A stretch of DNA of 64,000 nucleotides, taken from NCBI GenBank assembly GCA_013265495.1, contig MU058540.1, forward strand, positions 2,877,696 to 2,941,695, read 5' to 3'. Below, in pieces: positions 63,176 to 64,000 of the stretch (its first letter is position 1; each line of letters opens with the position of its first letter). The notes beneath the pieces are model-generated. The model saw only the letters and a program-made list of their open reading frames with translations. It did no database searches and was not told where the DNA came from. The position numbers and the translations under genes were made by a program. The DNA is from Vicugna vicugna (taxonomy: Eukaryota).

Positions 63176-64000
63176 AAGACTGAGGGAGAGACACAGCCCT
63201 GTCTTCAAGGAGCCCCAGTTTGAGAGGAGACACAGCCTTGCCTTCAGGGACCCCAGTCTGAGGAGAGACACACCCATGTCATCAGGGAATCCCAGTCTGA
63301 GGGAACACAGCCCTGCCCTCAGGGACCCTGAATCTGAGGGGAGACACAGCCCTGCCCTCAGGGAGCCCCCGTCTAAGGGAAGACACAATCCGGCCCACAG
63401 GGACCCTGAATCTGAGGGGAGACACAGCGCTGCCCTCAGAGAGCCCTAATCTGAGGTGAGACTAGACCCATCCTCAGGGAGCCCAGAATGAGGGGTAGCT
63501 CCAGCCCGAACTCAAGGAGCCCCAGTCTGAGGGGGGACACAGCCCTGCCCTCAGAGAGCCCCAGTCTGAGTGGAGACACAGCCCTCCCCTCAGGCACCCT
63601 GAATCTGAGGGGAGACACAGCCATGCCTTAAGGGACCCCAGTCTGAGGAGAGCCACAGCCCTGCCTCAGGGGAGACACAGCCTTGCCCTCAGACTGAGGG
63701 AAGACACTGCCTTGTACTCAGGGAGACTTGGTCTGAGGGGGAGACACAGCCCCATCCTTAGGGTACCCCAATCTGAGGAGAGACAAAGCCCTGCCCTTAG
63801 GGAGCCTCAGTCTGAGAGGCGACTAGCCTTATCCTCAGGGAGCCCCAGACTCAGGGGTAGCCCCAGCCCGAATTCAAGAAGCCCCAGTCTGAGGGGAGAC
63901 ACAGCCTTGCACTCAGGGAGCCTCAGTGAGGGGGAGACACAGCCCCGTTCTAAGGGTGCCCCAGTCTGAGGAGAGACAAAGCCCTGCTCAGGGAGCCCCA
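63176..64000. repeat. Same ~39-bp minisatellite, right arm (runs off the window)
   Basis: About 20 diverged copies of gagacacagccctgccctcagggagccccagtctgaggg; resumes at the L1 TSD. Confidence 0.93.

Noticed and set aside
60665..63969. ORFs with 13-residue periodicity (AVSPLRLG..., SPALREPQSEE)
   Set aside because: A by-product of the 39-bp unit (a multiple of 3); frames break often and there is no splice or start context.
60555..64000. CRISPR-like appearance of palindromic direct repeats
   Set aside because: Eukaryotic intron, no unique spacers and no cas genes; units are contiguous and degenerate.

Overview
Mammalian genomic DNA, most likely camelid: it carries tRNA-Ala-derived Vic-1-type SINEs, and I saw no Alu, Bov-A or PRE-1 elements. 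The window lies inside the copine-5 gene (CPNE5) on the minus strand. Twelve internal coding exons (41+47+104+40+77+60+64+104+105+42+76+54 = 814 nt, numbered 2-13 by analogy to human) have GT-AG boundaries and splice into one uninterrupted frame covering the C2A and C2B domains through the KKKMKKKK basic stretch. The first exon lies beyond 64000 and the vWA-domain exons lie before position 1. The introns hold ordinary MIR, L2, CR1, old L1, MER/hAT and LTR relics. Most notable: (i) a ~39-bp hairpin-containing minisatellite in intron 1, apparently amplified from an L2 segment and split by a young 5'-truncated L1 with an unbroken 557-codon ORF2 remnant and a perfect 14-bp TSD; (ii) a three-tier nested insertion (MIR > L1 > SINE) with TSDs at two levels; (iii) candidate regulatory motifs (an RFX X-box in a 26-bp palindrome, a SOX-OCT composite, TAATTA clusters); (iv) a frame-preserving 60-nt exon that looks like a cassette. 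I found no convincing new biological system, and nearly all ORF-track entries are spurious. Repeat subfamily names and boundaries are by eye and approximate.
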